Shown: in pieces, positions 36,557 to 49,023 of the stretch
Layout of the letters: every line of letters begins with the position of its first letter
How positions within the stretch are numbered: position 1 is the stretch's first letter
NCBI RefSeq assembly: GCF_024521635.1
Contig: NW_026250405.1
Span: forward strand, 372,001 to 436,000
Direction: 5' to 3'
Length of the DNA: 64,000 bases
DNA from: Tricharina praecox
Lineage: Eukaryota
Made by a program: the position numbers and the translations under genes
The notes under the pieces: model-generated
Databases searched by the model: none
Told to the model about the DNA's origin: nothing
The model's input: the letters and a program-made list of their open reading frames with translations, nothing else

Positions 36557-37137
36557 ATGGTTGCACCACCTTTTCCTGCTGCCTACGGGCACCTCCTCCG
36601 TGACCGCGCCACCATCAAGGCGCCGGTCATGGTAAGCTAATCCCTCTTCCCTCACCACCAATTGATGCATCACTCACTCACTCGATTTTCCCGTAGCTTT
36701 CGCCGGGCGTCATCCCGAAGAAGAGAGCCCTTCGCCCCAAGAAGCCCAGCCGTCGGCCAATTGGGGCCAAGGATACTAAAAGCCGGCGCGCCAAAGTACG
36801 TTCATTCATGCTGATCCATCCCTGTATCTACTGTATCTATATCTCTAACAATGCACAGAGAGCCGTGGCTGCCACCACCACCACAGCCGCCGCCGCCACC
36901 ACCTCCAAGGGTCAGCCCAAGCAACCGCCCAAGGCCATCAAGTACTGGATGGTCCTCTCTCCAGCTGGCAGGAGGAGAATCATCCATATCGCCGAGGTTT
37001 CGGAGGTGCCCGAGGACGCGATCTCGGTTGAGATCGTGGTCCCTGCCTCCCACCGGTTTTTGGACTGGCCCACGGTGGCAAGATTGAAGGGGGAGGGAGA
37101 GGGAGAGGGGAAGTGGGAGGAACAGGAACAAGAATAA
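36557..37137 (+). CDS. Hypothetical basic protein, 3 exons
   Basis: MVAPPFPAAYGH...APVM |gtaagc..tag| LSPGVIPKKRALRPKKPSRRPIGAKDTKSRRAK |gtacgt..ctaac..cag| RAVAATT...EQEQE*. Both introns are phase 0. Confidence 0.7.
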
Positions 37138-38218
37138 AAGTTTTATCTCTTTTAAGTCAAACTTCTCGTGAACCGTCCGTAGTAGTCTGCCAGTGTTGTC
37201 ATCTAAAATCAACCCTGAATTCGCTTTCGCTGTGTAGAACAGAGCGGTTTTGCAAACAGCTCTTTTGCCAAACCCCTCTAGGCCGACGGCGAGGTCAAGG
37301 AGAGAGCAAATACAGAAGAGGAGGTAGAGGTTGAACCTCTATTCTGTAGTGGATGATCAAGAAATAAGAAGAAGAAGAACCCCCGCCGCACGACCCAGCT
37401 GAATTCCCCCTTCCCCCCACTTAGTCGACTCCGCCATGCCCATCAACGTTGACGGATCCCCACTACTAGCATCCACATTTCCCCCCCTGACAGCTCATAC
37501 TACACTTCCTCCTCTCACCGATAGGTCTTCCGTCACTCCACCACGCCGGTTTTTCGAACGGGGCCCCACTAAGAGTTTTCCTTGTGTTGAGCTGGTCAGC
37601 AACTTTCCCATTTGCGGAAGTGAAAGCCTCAGATTATTTACCTGGCTGTTGCTGCGGGGGTTGCAAGCCATGTATATTTTTGCCGCTCTTCAAACCTTAG
37701 TCGATGTACTAACGTGCGATCCGAAGGCCATGAGAATTGAGGAGAAGACAAAATAAGCGGAATAATGTAATGGTGGAAGACAACTAGCAAGATGGCAGAC
37801 GATAGACGATTAGGTAAATATTTAGTTTTAATGGTATTCTTTGGGGAATGATGCAGTGGGCTTACGTCTCAGGCGGCTGGTTGCTACGAATCACATCCAA
37901 ATTGAAGTTGAAAGTGAGACGCTGTTCCCAAGAGCTTTTCCGGTGAGTACGTGTGAAATGTGAGTTGGTGCAGTCCGGACTGCACAGACTGCATCAGTCC
38001 AGCCATAAAATTAAACGGTGGTGTGTATGTAGTCTGTCCTTCCAACATTTTGCCGCCACAGACTACAGTCAACTGCCACTTTCTGATATTCTGGGGTCGA
38101 ACTGTGTGGCTGGCTGATTGATATCGCACAGAATTTCGTGGTCGAACCACGTGTGGCGCCGCTGCTGGAAGACGGAAGAGCATACAAGATCATCGAAGGT
38201 GTAAAGACTTATAAAACC

Positions 38219-38351
38219 TCACTGATTTCTCACATTTTTCCTTCAAAGTTCATCACTGATCTCTCATATTTCTTATACAAAGTTCATCACTGATCTCTCA
38301 TATTTCCTCTACAAAGTTCATCACTGATCTCTAACATTTTCCATACAAAGT
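38219..38351 (+). repeat. 34-bp minisatellite x4 directly after a TATA box
   Basis: Unit tcactgatctctcatatttc.t.tacaaagttca; TATAAAA at 38210-38216. Confidence 0.9.
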
Positions 38352-38545
38352 ACAGCATGAGGAGGAAGTACAATATATCACGTGGTTTCACTCGCCTTCA
38401 CCCTGTGAACAGCCCCAGGAGCCGCCTTCAACATTTAAGCCGCTGAAAAGCTCTCCTCTTCACTCACAACACCCACAGAAATAGCTCCGACAGCAACAAC
38501 TTCGACAGCAACAATGCCGGCAGCAGCACCAGCACCACCGAAATC

Positions 38546-39717
38546 ATGCAGGTATTTCACAAACCGCTACCACCGAAAGCTGAAGCGATGGAGGCTTCCT
38601 TGAATCAGATGCAGGCTCTCTTGAGTCAGATGCAGGCGGCCAGTCAGGCCGACCCACAGGGGCTCTCTAACCCATCCCGCGTGGATGTCACCGTCACTCC
38701 GGGTCAATACGTCGCAACCTTCAATCTCGAAATGATCACCGGCATCCGCAGTCTGATAGAGTTCATCAGTCTGGCGTGGGCACCGGGCATTCTCCGGCCC
38801 TTTTGTTGGATTCATACTCTAGAGAAAAACGTACCGCTACCCCCATACCCCACTTATGCGCATATAGCCGACTAACTTGAATAAAGGAACATATCCGCGG
38901 CACCAGGTGGCTCAAAGATACACTCACAAACTTCAATTACAAGGACAACTCAATCCGAGATCAGGTCAACGTCATTGAAGACATCTATGACATTGAAGAC
39001 ACCGATGACATTGAGGACACCGAAAACGAGGAACCCTTAGTCAGGCTGTACCAGCTCCAGGCTGTACCAGCTCCAGGCTGTACCAGCTCCAGGCTGTACC
39101 AGCTCCAGGCTGTACCAGCTCCAGGCTGTACCAGCTCCAGGCTGTACCAGCTCCAGGCTGATGCGTTCACACTCACTGAACAAATCGCCAGAAGCAAGAT
39201 TAGTCAGGAGCTGGTACAGCTTCAACAGCATGGCCTCCCTCTCAATACGGTCCTAGCATATGTTGGCAATGATGCCACCGACAAGGTGCTTTCCAACTAC
39301 GGATTTCCAAAGCAAGCAGATGATGCCGAGAACGCCGCTCTTTCTTCTAACGGTGCAGGTGTCGGATCTGACGGGGATTACCACTCGGCTGGTAGTGGAA
39401 TTCGTGAAGACAACCAGGAGGAGGAGGAAGACGACAACGAGGAGGAGGAGGAAGAAGACGACCAGAAAGAAGAGGAAGGCACGGTTCCAAACAGCTGCCC
39501 GGTCCCCGGCTGTTTCAGAAATGGCATGTCTTACACCGAGCATACGAGTTTACAGAGGCATATTCTCACTCACCATGCCGATCTCACGGATCCAAAGATC
39601 AAGAAGGCCTGTCGTATGGAGTGGAGCATGCACGTTTCTGGAAATCCGCGTGGACAGGAGATCGAGAAGCTGTTTGGCCCGTGGCCTGGGCAGGCGCCGC
39701 CACCTCCGAAGCAGTAA
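38546..39717 (+). CDS. Orphan protein with an acidic tract and a C-terminal C2H2-type zinc finger (5' end may extend upstream)
   Basis: Exon 38546-38830, intron gtaccg..actaac..aag at 38831-38886, exon 38887-39717 open through the 16-bp repeat. Contains CPVPGC..(x12)..LQRHILTHH. Confidence 0.7.
39042..39160 (+). repeat. Perfect 16-bp tandem repeat (caggctgtaccagctc) x7.4 inside a CDS
   Basis: Seven identical units at 39042-39153 plus caggctg. Confidence 0.97.
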
Positions 39718-40277
39718 GGCTGGGTAAGGTAACTCACCAGTACTAGTGTATCAATCTTGAATCTTGTCTCGCTCCAGTCGCTTCCAATTGTGGTGTTCTG
39801 GTTTTAGTCACTGGTGCCTCGCTAAAAACATTGCACCACTTTTTTGATCCGAAGTGTACTTATCTCCTCAACCCCCACCCCAACCTCGAGCAGCGTGATA
39901 GACTGGGACGCAGTGAGAGCCAGAGCGCAGGAAAAGGTACGGGCTGGACGGCCGGAGATACCGGCATATGAGGGAAGAAATGAGGCGTTAGACTAGATCA
40001 TTCTGGATGCAGGAATTGAGTGGGGAAGCGAGCTTTGATGTGGGGTTTTGAGAAAGCCTGACGCTTTTCCTTTTCATTTTGTCATCTTATTTGTATTCTT
40101 TCTTTCTGTCTTTCTTTCAATGTGCGGATGGGCGGGCGGAGAGCAATAGGGAACCCACATCGAGCTCGCGGCCAGCGGTCGGAGACGGTGGGGTGGAAGT
40201 GGACGTGTGTACAGCCATGATCTGATAGGGTCGAATGCTATGATGATGACAAAACAAAAACCTTAGAATGTTTGGTT

Positions 40278-40615
40278 TTGTTTAATCAGTAGATAATTGT
40301 TTTGCGCGTTTGTCGCTATTCCTCGCTGTGGGAATGTGTTCATTGGTGCTCACTGGTATGTCGAGTGACCTTGTTTGATGTCACACATCTGTCGACACCT
40401 TGGAATGTAGCGGTGTTTGCTGCCAAACAAACTTTGGAGTCGCGGCTAGTGCGCTAGAAGTGGTTGCTTGGAATTTCACCAAATCCACCTATAAAACCCT
40501 CCTTTCCTCCCAACTCTTCCTCCCATTCTCCTTCCTCTCCCCACTCATTGAATTCTTCTGCTTCCTTCCCGTCTGGCACTAATTAGTGATTCATGCTACT
40601 GAGTTAGATTAGTTT
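40278..40615 (+). promoter_or_regulatory. Promoter module P1, second copy (TATAAAA at 40490-40496)
   Basis: Colinear with 15355-15692. Confidence 0.8.
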
Positions 40616-41718
40616 TATTATTTTCCGCGGGCCGATATCGACGATAGGGATACCGGCAGTAGTGCTACCTTCCCTCCCTCCTAGCCGGTGCATGATTCGT
40701 CCGGGAGCTGCATGGCCTGGAGAGCGGTGGCAATGGTTTAACCCCCCCCCCTGCAACTGCAGTGCCATTTTCGCGAAGCCAAGACAATTGATTGCTGCCT
40801 GAATAAAACGACGAGCGCCCCCCCCCCGGACCCGGCCCCCGAGCCCCCCGCAAGCAGCAAGCAGCACACCAGATGTAGTTAGCCCAACCTTGCAAAATGA
40901 ACCGTGTAACCCGGAAATTCGGATTTGGTTTTTTTTTCTTCTTCCTCGTATCCTCCTCATCCACTCTCCCCTCCTCATCCACCCTCTCCTCCTCATCCGC
41001 CCTCCCCCCCCTCTCTCTCGATGATCGAGGATGAGAGTCTGCTCAACGACTGCGGGAGTGCGTTGGCGGACGGCGGGGTGGACAGAAAGCCCTCTATGAG
41101 GAACGGGGTCCAAGACACAACGCTAGCCGTAAGGGTCTTAGAGCAGCGTGGTGACGGCCTTCGCCTTGCACAAGAACGCTCAGGAGTCAGGACTTCACAA
41201 CCTATATTCCTCCGATATACAACAGCGAGGATGGAGATTCATACAGAGAATGCCCAGGACGGGTGAGGTATAGAAACTATTAACATTATCTGTGTGCGAG
41301 GTGTGGAGTGCAGGCTAAGGAAAGAGAGTAGGGACTGAATTGCTAAGCTATAAGCTCGAAAATCGGAATGCCCGAAGCAGGACCTCGAGGACGGGCAATT
41401 GACGAACCTAGGTGATGCACGCAAAAGAATCATAGATCTGAAGCCGGTGGTATTTCTTTAGTTCAATTCCGTATTTTACGTCTTGCCTGGATCTGTGAAT
41501 ATACAAATTTGTCCTCTTCATCTTCTCCTTCCCCGAGATTACCAGTGGGCAAGAGATGGGCAATAAACGTTTCCATATATTCAAAAAAAGATAGATACGC
41601 CGCCCAAAAACAGAATAAATCGACGGAAATCCCCCCAAAATAACGCCAAAAACCTCAAAAGACCATACAAAATCATTCCAAATTAACCATACAAATTGCG
41701 CATAAATATACGGAAACA

Positions 41719-42922
41719 TCATTTTTTCCATGACGTGCGCCTTCCATTCCCTTGATATAACCTCTGCAGGCAGGCTTGCAGCTTCGTATTATCAGCCTGG
41801 ATACTCTTGTGCCGACCGGTAACATGCCTGCCACACAGATTAGTCGGTATTACATTGACCCATCGGCGATCGCGGATCGGTGGGGTTCATCTCCTACCTC
41901 TGGAAATTATCGCTCCGGTTGAATGCCCTCTTTCCGTTGGGGCAGAAGGGGCACTTCTGTCCCCTCCGTTCATGTATCGATGCAACGTGTCTCTGCAATG
42001 CGTTGGCCCGCTTGAAGCTTTGGCGGCACGACTTCTCGGAGCAAGTGTAATCGCCCCCATTCGACGACGAAGAAAGATCCTCATGATCGTCGGTTTTGCC
42101 GTCACAGGGAGATGACGATTTGGATCGTGAGGATCTGGGAGAACAGCTGGTTTTACTGAGGGGACTGCTGCAATCGAATCCAAAAAAGAGTTCCAGTTCC
42201 CGGTCTAGCTCCATCAGATTGAACCCAATGGGCGTCTCGATATCTTCTAGTCGAGAGTAGTATCCGGACATGTCCGCGTTCACAAGTTTGTGTGAAGATG
42301 GCACCGAATCGAAGTTTGCAATTGGTCCCTCGTCCTGAGTGCCAAGACAACCCCGATCAGTCACATCCCGCAAAGTAGGAATGGGAGCTGTTTACCGCAA
42401 GACGGAAGAAGAGTGATGGATAGTTCATCTCGTTCATCGTACTCTCGAAGTGTGTGAATACATCTCTCAGACGCTGCTCCTCTTCGCCTTGAGGCGGAAC
42501 ACTGAGGGATAGTCAGTGCCCATTGCCCAGTGCCAGTCAATGCGAACAGCTCCGTGGCTGTCTTCACGGGATACTTACGTGGCCATTGCTTGCAGAACGT
42601 CGATTATCTCAGCAATTGCTTTCTCCCGCTCGCTCGGAAGCACTGGAGCCGGAAGTCAGCAGCCGCTCTTCCGGGAATAACCCATGACGGAGGAGGGGGC
42701 TCTACCAGATCGGGATTCCTTAGTATCACCGAAAGCTTCAGGGTTCGCAAGATCTTGCCAATAGCGAATATGCTGTTGAAGCTCGGCCATGCTGGTGGGA
42801 GTTGACAAGTTGTGGCTCATGAAATCCAGATCAACGGCGGAGGAAGATGCGAGATAGCCCCAGATGTCTTCACTGTCACCAGTGTGTGCTGGGAGTGGGT
42901 CGGGGTTGTCGCTGAAGTCCAT
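41719..42922 (-). CDS. C2H2 zinc-finger transcription factor, about 5 exons
   Basis: MDFSDNPD start, four GT-AG introns with branch sites, and two fingers YTCSEKSCRQSFKRANALQRHVASIH and CPFC....RAFNRSDNFQR|HVTGRH. TATA on - at about 43010. Confidence 0.85.
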
Positions 42923-44838
42923 TCTGATAGTTGTGGTTGATAGGATTGATGGTGTGATACGGAGGGGGAGAAGTGATAGTGGACGGGGGAGGGGGGAGAG
43001 ACCCCTACTTATAAGAGTTGGCGGGTGGGAAGTAGGTGTGGGCGCTGTGCATGGTCACGTGACCGCCGCGCCATAGCATTGGCTGATCACTCCCTCCTCC
43101 TCACCCATCCGTCATCCCGGTAGTTGCTGAGCCCACCCCCCATGCCCCGCACCACCATCCTCTTCGAAGACTCTGCACTCCCAACCATTTTAGCTGGAAA
43201 ATGTTCGGAAACGTCATTGCTGTTGGCTGGCTGGGCGAATGGCCGTCGAGGAGGTATTTTGAACATTTTCGATTGTCTGTGGCTTTCAAGGGGCGTAGAT
43301 CGATGGCATATAGCCTTAAAACGTAGTCGCCGCTGTAGAACAGAACTACCACTCTGTAGACTTTAGTGCTAGGGTACTGACGAGGTGCTGATGGCGGAGG
43401 TTGGATGATAGTCTCTGGCTCTCCCTCATACCCGCAAGGTCGAGCCGGAGCTCGAAAATTGAAACGGGGATACTTCTTTCATGACACACAGTACCAGTTG
43501 TAATGTGACTGGATTGCCAAAGTCTAACACGTCCGGCCAGCCGGCGTGGGACATACACAGCAGACTTTGCTACTGCACCACGGGTGTTCCCACCCCTCTC
43601 TTTTCTAAGCTTCAAAAATCACGCCACCACACAGCAGCTTCGAAGAGAGGGTGATCGTAAATAGTACGACTGCCTATACCAAAACCTAGGAGCATTCCCT
43701 ATCAAGCTCAAGCGGCTGGCGGATAGAGCTAGTCATAATGAATCACTCGGAGTGCCACATCAGTACGTTTTCTGTGAAGGCGATTCATTAACCCCGGACA
43801 TATGGCTTTCAGCTACTGTTATGATCCTCAAATTTGGTCTAGCAAGTTTTCTTCCACCTGGTTTTACTGGAGGTAGAGTGGAGATCATAGTTGACGTCTA
43901 TTGCGACATCTATTGGACTGCTACAGAGGACCTTTTCGGATTCGGGCGAACAAATCACATACCCGGTCATATTTTGTGTCGTACAATATAGCTACTCATG
44001 AGCGAACAACATACCCGGTCATATTTTGTTTCGCTGCGCCTGCATGCAGGATAGGAGGATGGGAAAACGTGGGGGCGTCCTTCACCACATGTCACTCGGC
44101 CTGCACTCAAATGACTTCCCTTCGCTTCTGTGATGATACTGCGCTCCACACAGCACCTCGCGCTACTTAACTGTGCTCCAAGTGATTTCTTTATTGAGAT
44201 ACTCCCTTGGGAAACCCCCCGTTTTCATGAGGCGACGTTGAAAAAAGAAACGCTGCGCTAAGCGGAAAGAGGAGTGCTTGTCCACTTTCGGTTAGGTCCC
44301 ATGCAGCACAGGCCCCAGGGCCTTAGGCAGGGAAGGCAAGGGAGTCACACCATGCGCGTCGGTACCAGATTCCTGCACCCACAATTTTCGGCTGACTGGC
44401 AAACATCAGCCCATAACATCGCCCGGCGCACGGCTAATCAATCTTATCGATAATCACACGTACTGCGCCACGGATGCCTCTGCTTCCTGTAGGCTACTCT
44501 CGCCACAGTTTGCTGGAGAATTCACTGCACTTCTAGGAATAATTTGGCATGTATCATGGATTCTATTAACTCAACACTTTAGCACGAAAGGTCGCTCTAC
44601 TTTGTAGTGCATCGCGCATAACTAATCCGGGCCGCCTCCAGCGTTACCCTCCGTTGCTTAGCAACCAGGAGAGATGGTTAGCCCTTTGGAGTGCGTAGTC
44701 GCATTGTGGCGGGCGGAGTGGCTTGCAGGCGCCTCAGAGTGTACCAACTTTGCGAATATTCGACTCATATTCCTCGAGCTCCCATCGTATGCACAGATGA
44801 TGCGAGAAATCAAAGAATCCGTCGTGAGTACATCCGCA

Positions 44839-45729
44839 TTACTGTGGCGTTGGGCTGACTGAGGATGCGGGACAGGCACAGACCCAGTGGCGGGCTGGTT
44901 GGGTGTACTCTACAGTAAGCAGTGTGTCCGGAGTTCCGGGGACCGATCTACGACCAGAATTAGTAAAGGTACCCGGTATGACATCGCCTCGGAAATCGAC
45001 GCCAGATATCTACCATAGAACAATTCCAAAAGCTTACTGACTGGTGCCAACTTCATCATTCGCTTCCCCATCGTTACCATCGGATCTTCCGATTAAGCGA
45101 TTCCTGAGTTTTCTAGGGTCGTCTGGAGGAAAACAGGCGTCAGCAGAACATTCAATTCCCTCATATTCTCATCCATGATCCTCCTCCTCTCTATGGCAAG
45201 ATCCCTGTCCGACAGAGCTGGTGCATGGGCTGAGTACCGTGCAGCTACCGAAGGCTTAAGAGCGGGAGAGGTCTTGACCCTCTTAGCTGCCTGAGCCTAA
45301 CCCCCGGGGGCCTTCGGCAAAGAATGCTGACGAGTAGGAGATGCTGGAGAAGCTACGAGCACATGGATGCCACTGCGCAGCAGCACATGTCCGAGTGATC
45401 GTCGATGCAGCTCGTACGCTTGGCCGTGCATCTCTGGGATGAAGTACCCCCGATGATCCTCGATGATCTTGGGGGCCTCGGGGGAGGCAGTAGTAGTAAT
45501 TGTAGCAGTGGTAGTGGCGGTAACTGCGGTTGTGATTGCGCGGGATACGGCGTCGGTTCCGGGCAGAGAACATCCATTTATTTTCGCATGCGGCCTGTCT
45601 GGACTACGGCGACCAAATTCTTGCCGAAAAATAGGGTACTCACAGACTATTATCGGCCTGGGCGAGTGATATGGAGAGTATGAGCAGAAACAAAGAGGGA
45701 AGACGACGAGTGATCTTATCTTTGGTCAT
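44839..45729 (-). CDS. Putative small secreted Thr-rich orphan protein (exon model uncertain)
   Basis: MTKDKITRRLPSLFLLILSISLAQA signal-peptide-like exon; gtgagt intron at 45643-45595 in phase with LPHAKINGC..TTAVTATTTATITTT. Probable further introns at 45301-45123 and about 45037-44948. Confidence 0.5.
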
Positions 45730-46882
45730 AATTGCTTGCGACCTCCCTATCTAGATGATGGGAGTATACACACACCGCTTCATCGATCACCATCCAGATC
45801 CGACCGAGAGGCTTTTTCCTCACAAGATCTCCTCTACCGGCGAGGTTCTTGCCCTCCGAGTGATTCCGGGTGATTGAGACCAGGAAAGCGTTAAGATGTA
45901 ACTTCCGATGAGGAAACACCTACGGGACTTGCTGTAGTTAACTTGCTCGCTCTCGCATAAATAATTTCAGGGGCAACTCAAGAGGTGAGAAGGCAAAGGT
46001 CTATTCTCTTAGTCACGTGTGAGAGACATGGTAGTCCGCAGTCACTGTTGTTGCTCCTACTATCGCTGCGCGAGAGAATGAGATTAAATTTCCAGCTCCC
46101 TGGAAGGAGAACGATGCCCGGAGCCTGCTGTTTTTCGTATTGCGAGAGTTTTTTATATGCATTCGTGGAATGAAAGGAATGCATGTTGACCGTGTTATGG
46201 AATCCCAGTAAACCAATCGGATACCTTTCCCGGCGCTATCTAATATCACCACAGCGATAAGGATCATGACGGCCGTCCAATCGGTGGGAGAAGTCAGTGA
46301 GTCCTATGTATCCTCAGGAAGTACGCAGCTTTTCTGTGTGGGTATGTAACCCCCGGGGCCCACGAGCTAGTGCCTAGGTTGGAACCATACCATAGACGCT
46401 ATAGCCGCAGTTTCTTCTCGTAGACCATCTGTCGGGTGAAGGAACTGTACTCACTTCCGCATGTGGAGATGCACCGAGGAAACGCACTTCGACAGGGCGC
46501 ACTAGGTAGTGGTCACGCCTGATTCGCCCCCTCAGTAGTTAGTAATTCGAGTATATAGTCGGGAACTAGCAGGCGCGAGCCCTGCTCATGGTTCGGGGTG
46601 TGATGTTTGATGTTTGGCGCGGTCTGTCGGCTGTGCAAAAGCTGTCGATGTTGATTGCACATAGTTTACGATCTGCTCGGCACCTTCCAGGCAGGCTGCA
46701 TACGTATCTGCGGTCGCCCACATGATATCAAACTGAGGGGAACCCGTGGCCGGTCAACAAAGACGGCAGCTCTATTCACCATCGGTCCGATGTTTTGTGT
46801 TTGCTCTCTATAAATATTCCCACTTCCCGCTCCTCCATCAGGCCACCGTTCTTCCCGCTTTCTCTCCACAAACCACCCAACA

Positions 46883-47367
46883 GTGTCCGCTCAACTCACC
46901 TCCCTCCGTAGCCAAAACCCGTCGGACATAGTTTTGGCCTTCCTGACTGTCGGTGTGGTGCTCATTATCAACCCCATTGCGGTGGCGGGCTTCGGCGCAT
47001 TGAGCCCGGTGGCTGGTAGTATTTCCCACTCCTCCTCGTCCTCCCAGTATACAGCGGCTAAATTACGACGCGTGCGGGGGTAATAGGCTCTCTCGCGACG
47101 GGCTGGCAGGCAAGCATGGGCGGTTCCGTCGCCGCGGGCAGTGCATTCAATATCCTGCAAAGCATGGGAATGCTAGGATCCTTAGCGATCCCGGCTGCGG
47201 GTGTGACCGTGGTAGCTGGAGCGGCTGTTGCTGGTGCTGCTGGAGGTGAGGTGGATAGGTGGGCGAAGGGGGACTACGGTGAGCCGGTGAAGGATTGGTG
47301 GAATGGAAAACATGGGCCGGTCGTGTCGCAGTGGTGGAACGGGACCGAGACGCCGGTTCTGAACTAG
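46883..47367 (+). CDS. IFI6/IFI27(ISG12)-like small hydrophobic protein with an apparent GTG start
   Basis: TATAAATA at 46809. Intron 47016-47086 yields GFGALSPVAGSLATGWQASMGGSVAAGSAFNILQSMGM, matching the family pattern G..AGS.AA..Q......VAAGS.F..LQS.G. Confidence 0.7.
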
Positions 47368-47929
47368 TTAGGTCATGTCGCTGGTGGGAAGAAGTGAGCA
47401 GGGCTGGACTTCGTGTGTGAAATTTGCGAGTCGGAGTAGTCTTCAATCAGATTTCGTTTTCCCAAACAAACTGATCTCGTCATTGTTCTCCATCTGTAGC
47501 CTCGCGCATTCCATACTCTGTCCACTCCCGCTATGGTGCAAACTTTGCAATCCCGCATTCCGCCTGGCCGGTCGATGGATTCGGGAATGGGTTGTGTAAC
47601 AGCCGATCGGATCCGTGATGGTTAGTGTCTCTGGATTTCTCTGCGGCGATATACCTACAACATCGTAGTGGCACTTTTTCTTCTAAGATGAGTTGCAGAC
47701 ATCAGATGGGAATTCAAGTAGGAATCTTTATAAATTCCATCAGCATTCCCGATGAGGAAGTTCTTCGTGCAGGAAGAAACCTATGCAAAGAAAGCACCTA
47801 TCTAATGGTACAAACAACACAACGAACCACAGATCATTAAAGACGTAAGACACGACTGAAAACTGCCCTCGTAAAGCCTTGCCAAGTACAAAATCCTTTC
47901 GTCCCATACCTAGCAGAAAAAGATAACAT

Positions 47930-49023
47930 TCAAACTCTCCGAAATCTCAGATCCAGATCATGCAAGAACCATTTCGCTTTCAGGACAGCAAAGCCACGCA
48001 TGTGCCTTACTCGGTGTTGGTGATCAAACTGCCATCTCGAGCACTGTTCGGCTTGGTGTCGTTTCCCTCGTGGGTATCTTTCTTGCGAGCCGGCTGCTTT
48101 CCGGTCAGTCCCCATGCTACTAACATCGGCCATAGTTGACCTCACCTCTATGCGATCATCTGAGTCCTTCTTGATGCTCCCCTTGTGCAGTTCCTTGTAC
48201 ACTTCTGCCATCATCTTCTCCGCACGCTTCTCCGCACGCCTCTGCGCACGCTGCCTCATTTCGATCTTCTTCTCAAGTCTCGTGATGATGTTCTTGAGAA
48301 GGGTCCTAGACTGTACCATGTCTTCAAACTCCCTGTCGACTGCGGCCAGCCTCTTTCCCACTCCTGTCGGTCCCCAAGCCTCGATATGTTGGAGGCAATC
48401 CTCCCTCATGGTATACAACTCGATTGAGAGGCTGTTGATACGCTTCATCTGACGATAACATCCCTGTTGGAAACTCAGGGTCGCGGTCCCCAGGTTATCC
48501 GGGCTGAAACCATAATCCGCGGGGTGTAGCCACTTCCGAGCGTCTTCGGTATACAAATGGATTTCCTCACGGAGGCTGGCAATGGTCTTCTTATGCCACT
48601 TGAGACAATCGTTGTAAACGGCGGCTGACAAGTTCTTGGGAGGATCGGATGCGACGGTAGTCTGACAGTGTTAGAAGCCGGAGCATGAGACTATAGCCAT
48701 ATTGTCAAGCACGGCAAGAGTGAATAACTCACCGACACTTCTTTCCCCATGAATAGGGCCTTGGGAGTGTGCTTAATCGATGTATCAAGAGACGAAGCCG
48801 TGTTTTCGGGATCTCTGGCAGCAGAAGAGCTCGAGGTCGACGTATTGACTGGGGCCGTGGTATTATGGGACTCGGCAGGCACAGATGTAGTGTGGGAAGC
48901 AGGAGCTGTCGGGTTAAAGAGATTGAAACTCGCAGGTTTTTTCAGAATTGGAATGATGGTTGGGCGAATGGTGGCCTTCCCCTCGTTGCTATCCATCTTG
49001 GTGTCATTCTGGTCGGGATCCAT
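47930..49023 (-). CDS. Hypothetical protein, 2 exons, helical C-terminal domain
   Basis: The MDPDQNDTK... exon joins the 233-aa ORF through intron gtgagt..ctaac..cag (about 48732-48663) in phase 0. Confidence 0.7.

Noticed and set aside
37436..37756. 106-aa ORF with intron-like signals
   Set aside because: I could not build a consistent exon model or recognise a motif, so it is left uncalled.
38219..39160. CRISPR-like arrays
   Set aside because: These are contiguous tandem repeats with no unique spacers, in a eukaryotic context with no cas genes.
43957..44030. 21-bp direct repeat acatacccggtcatattttgt
   Set aside because: A single local duplication with no further structure.
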